A stretch of 64,000 nucleotides of DNA from an uncultured Methanomicrobiales archaeon (GTDB lineage: Archaea > Halobacteriota > Methanomicrobia > Methanomicrobiales > Methanospirillaceae). Location of the stretch: contig OY969100.1 of assembly GCA_963697895.1 (NCBI GenBank), forward strand, positions 1,248,001 through 1,312,000, given 5' to 3'. The translations under genes and the position numbers were made by a program. Below, piece after piece: positions 63,717 through 64,000 of this stretch (its first letter is position 1; the number at the start of each line of letters is the position of its first letter). The notes under the pieces were generated by a model. That model searched no databases. It had not been told where the DNA came from and saw only the letters and a list, made by a program, of their open reading frames with translations.

Positions 63717-64000
63717 ATGTTGTCAAACCCAGGTAAATTAATAGTGTTAGCTTTGTTGTTGTTATTTGTCACAACCGCATCAGCAGCGACATTCACCTTT
63801 AGCGGGCATGGAGTGAGTGGATCAGGAGCTGTATCAGGAAAGAGCGGAGCGATCAGTCTTGTCGGTGCATTGAACCCAAGCAGCTCCTCATCGAGCACAT
63901 CGAACAGTGATAGTCATGGCGCCAGTGCAGGAGTGAGCGGGTCGGTTAAGAATGCCGACATCGCATTTGCGGCAAGCGGTTCGGTATCATCCGATGGACA
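63717..64000 (+). CDS. Secreted/surface Ser/Gly/Ala-rich protein, N-terminal part (runs off the window edge)
   Basis: GGTGAAGG RBS, then MLSNPGKLIVLALLLLFVTTASA-ATFTFSGHGVSGSGAVSG..., open to the edge. Confidence 0.7.
   Translation, partial: MLSNPGKLIVLALLLLFVTTASAATFTFSGHGVSGSGAVSGKSGAISLVGALNPSSSSSSTSNSDSHGASAGVSGSVKNADIAFAASGSVSSDG

Noticed and set aside
1-64000. CRISPR arrays, IS elements, rRNA, inteins and selenocysteine/pyrrolysine read-through
   Set aside because: No regularly spaced direct repeats, transposase motifs, rRNA sequence, intein insertions, or in-frame TGA/TAG within conserved genes were seen by eye.

Overview
Moderately GC-rich, gene-dense chromosomal window from a methanogenic archaeon, most likely Methanomicrobiales (inferred from radA, RPA, FEN1, an HMf-type histone, a presenilin homologue, mfnA, dph2 and DUF1894/DUF2117/DUF61 proteins). 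Most of it is housekeeping: Lys/His/Arg/Ser and nucleotide biosynthesis, DNA repair, PEP synthase and tRNA-Val(GAC). The 18-53 kb stretch holds three unusual modules. (1) A tungsten/molybdenum island: a single-chain TupA+WtpA double binding protein, a MOT1-family transporter, a single-subunit Mo-storage-protein (MoSto)-like gene, a 68-aa protein, a GntR-like winged-helix regulator and TupBC, with a tandem AYCANNTGRT palindrome in three intergenic regions. (2) A potassium locus with a KdpC-KdpA fusion, KdpB and a kinase-less KdpD that keeps a c-di-AMP-type USP motif, about 11 kb from a REC-like/PAS/PAS diadenylate cyclase. (3) A TPR/winged-helix protein coupled to an orphan BrxD/DUF2791 ATPase. 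At least seven genes carry single-base indels, most likely long-read consensus errors. No CRISPR array, transposase, integrase or rRNA was seen. All family assignments come from motif recognition, not database searches.
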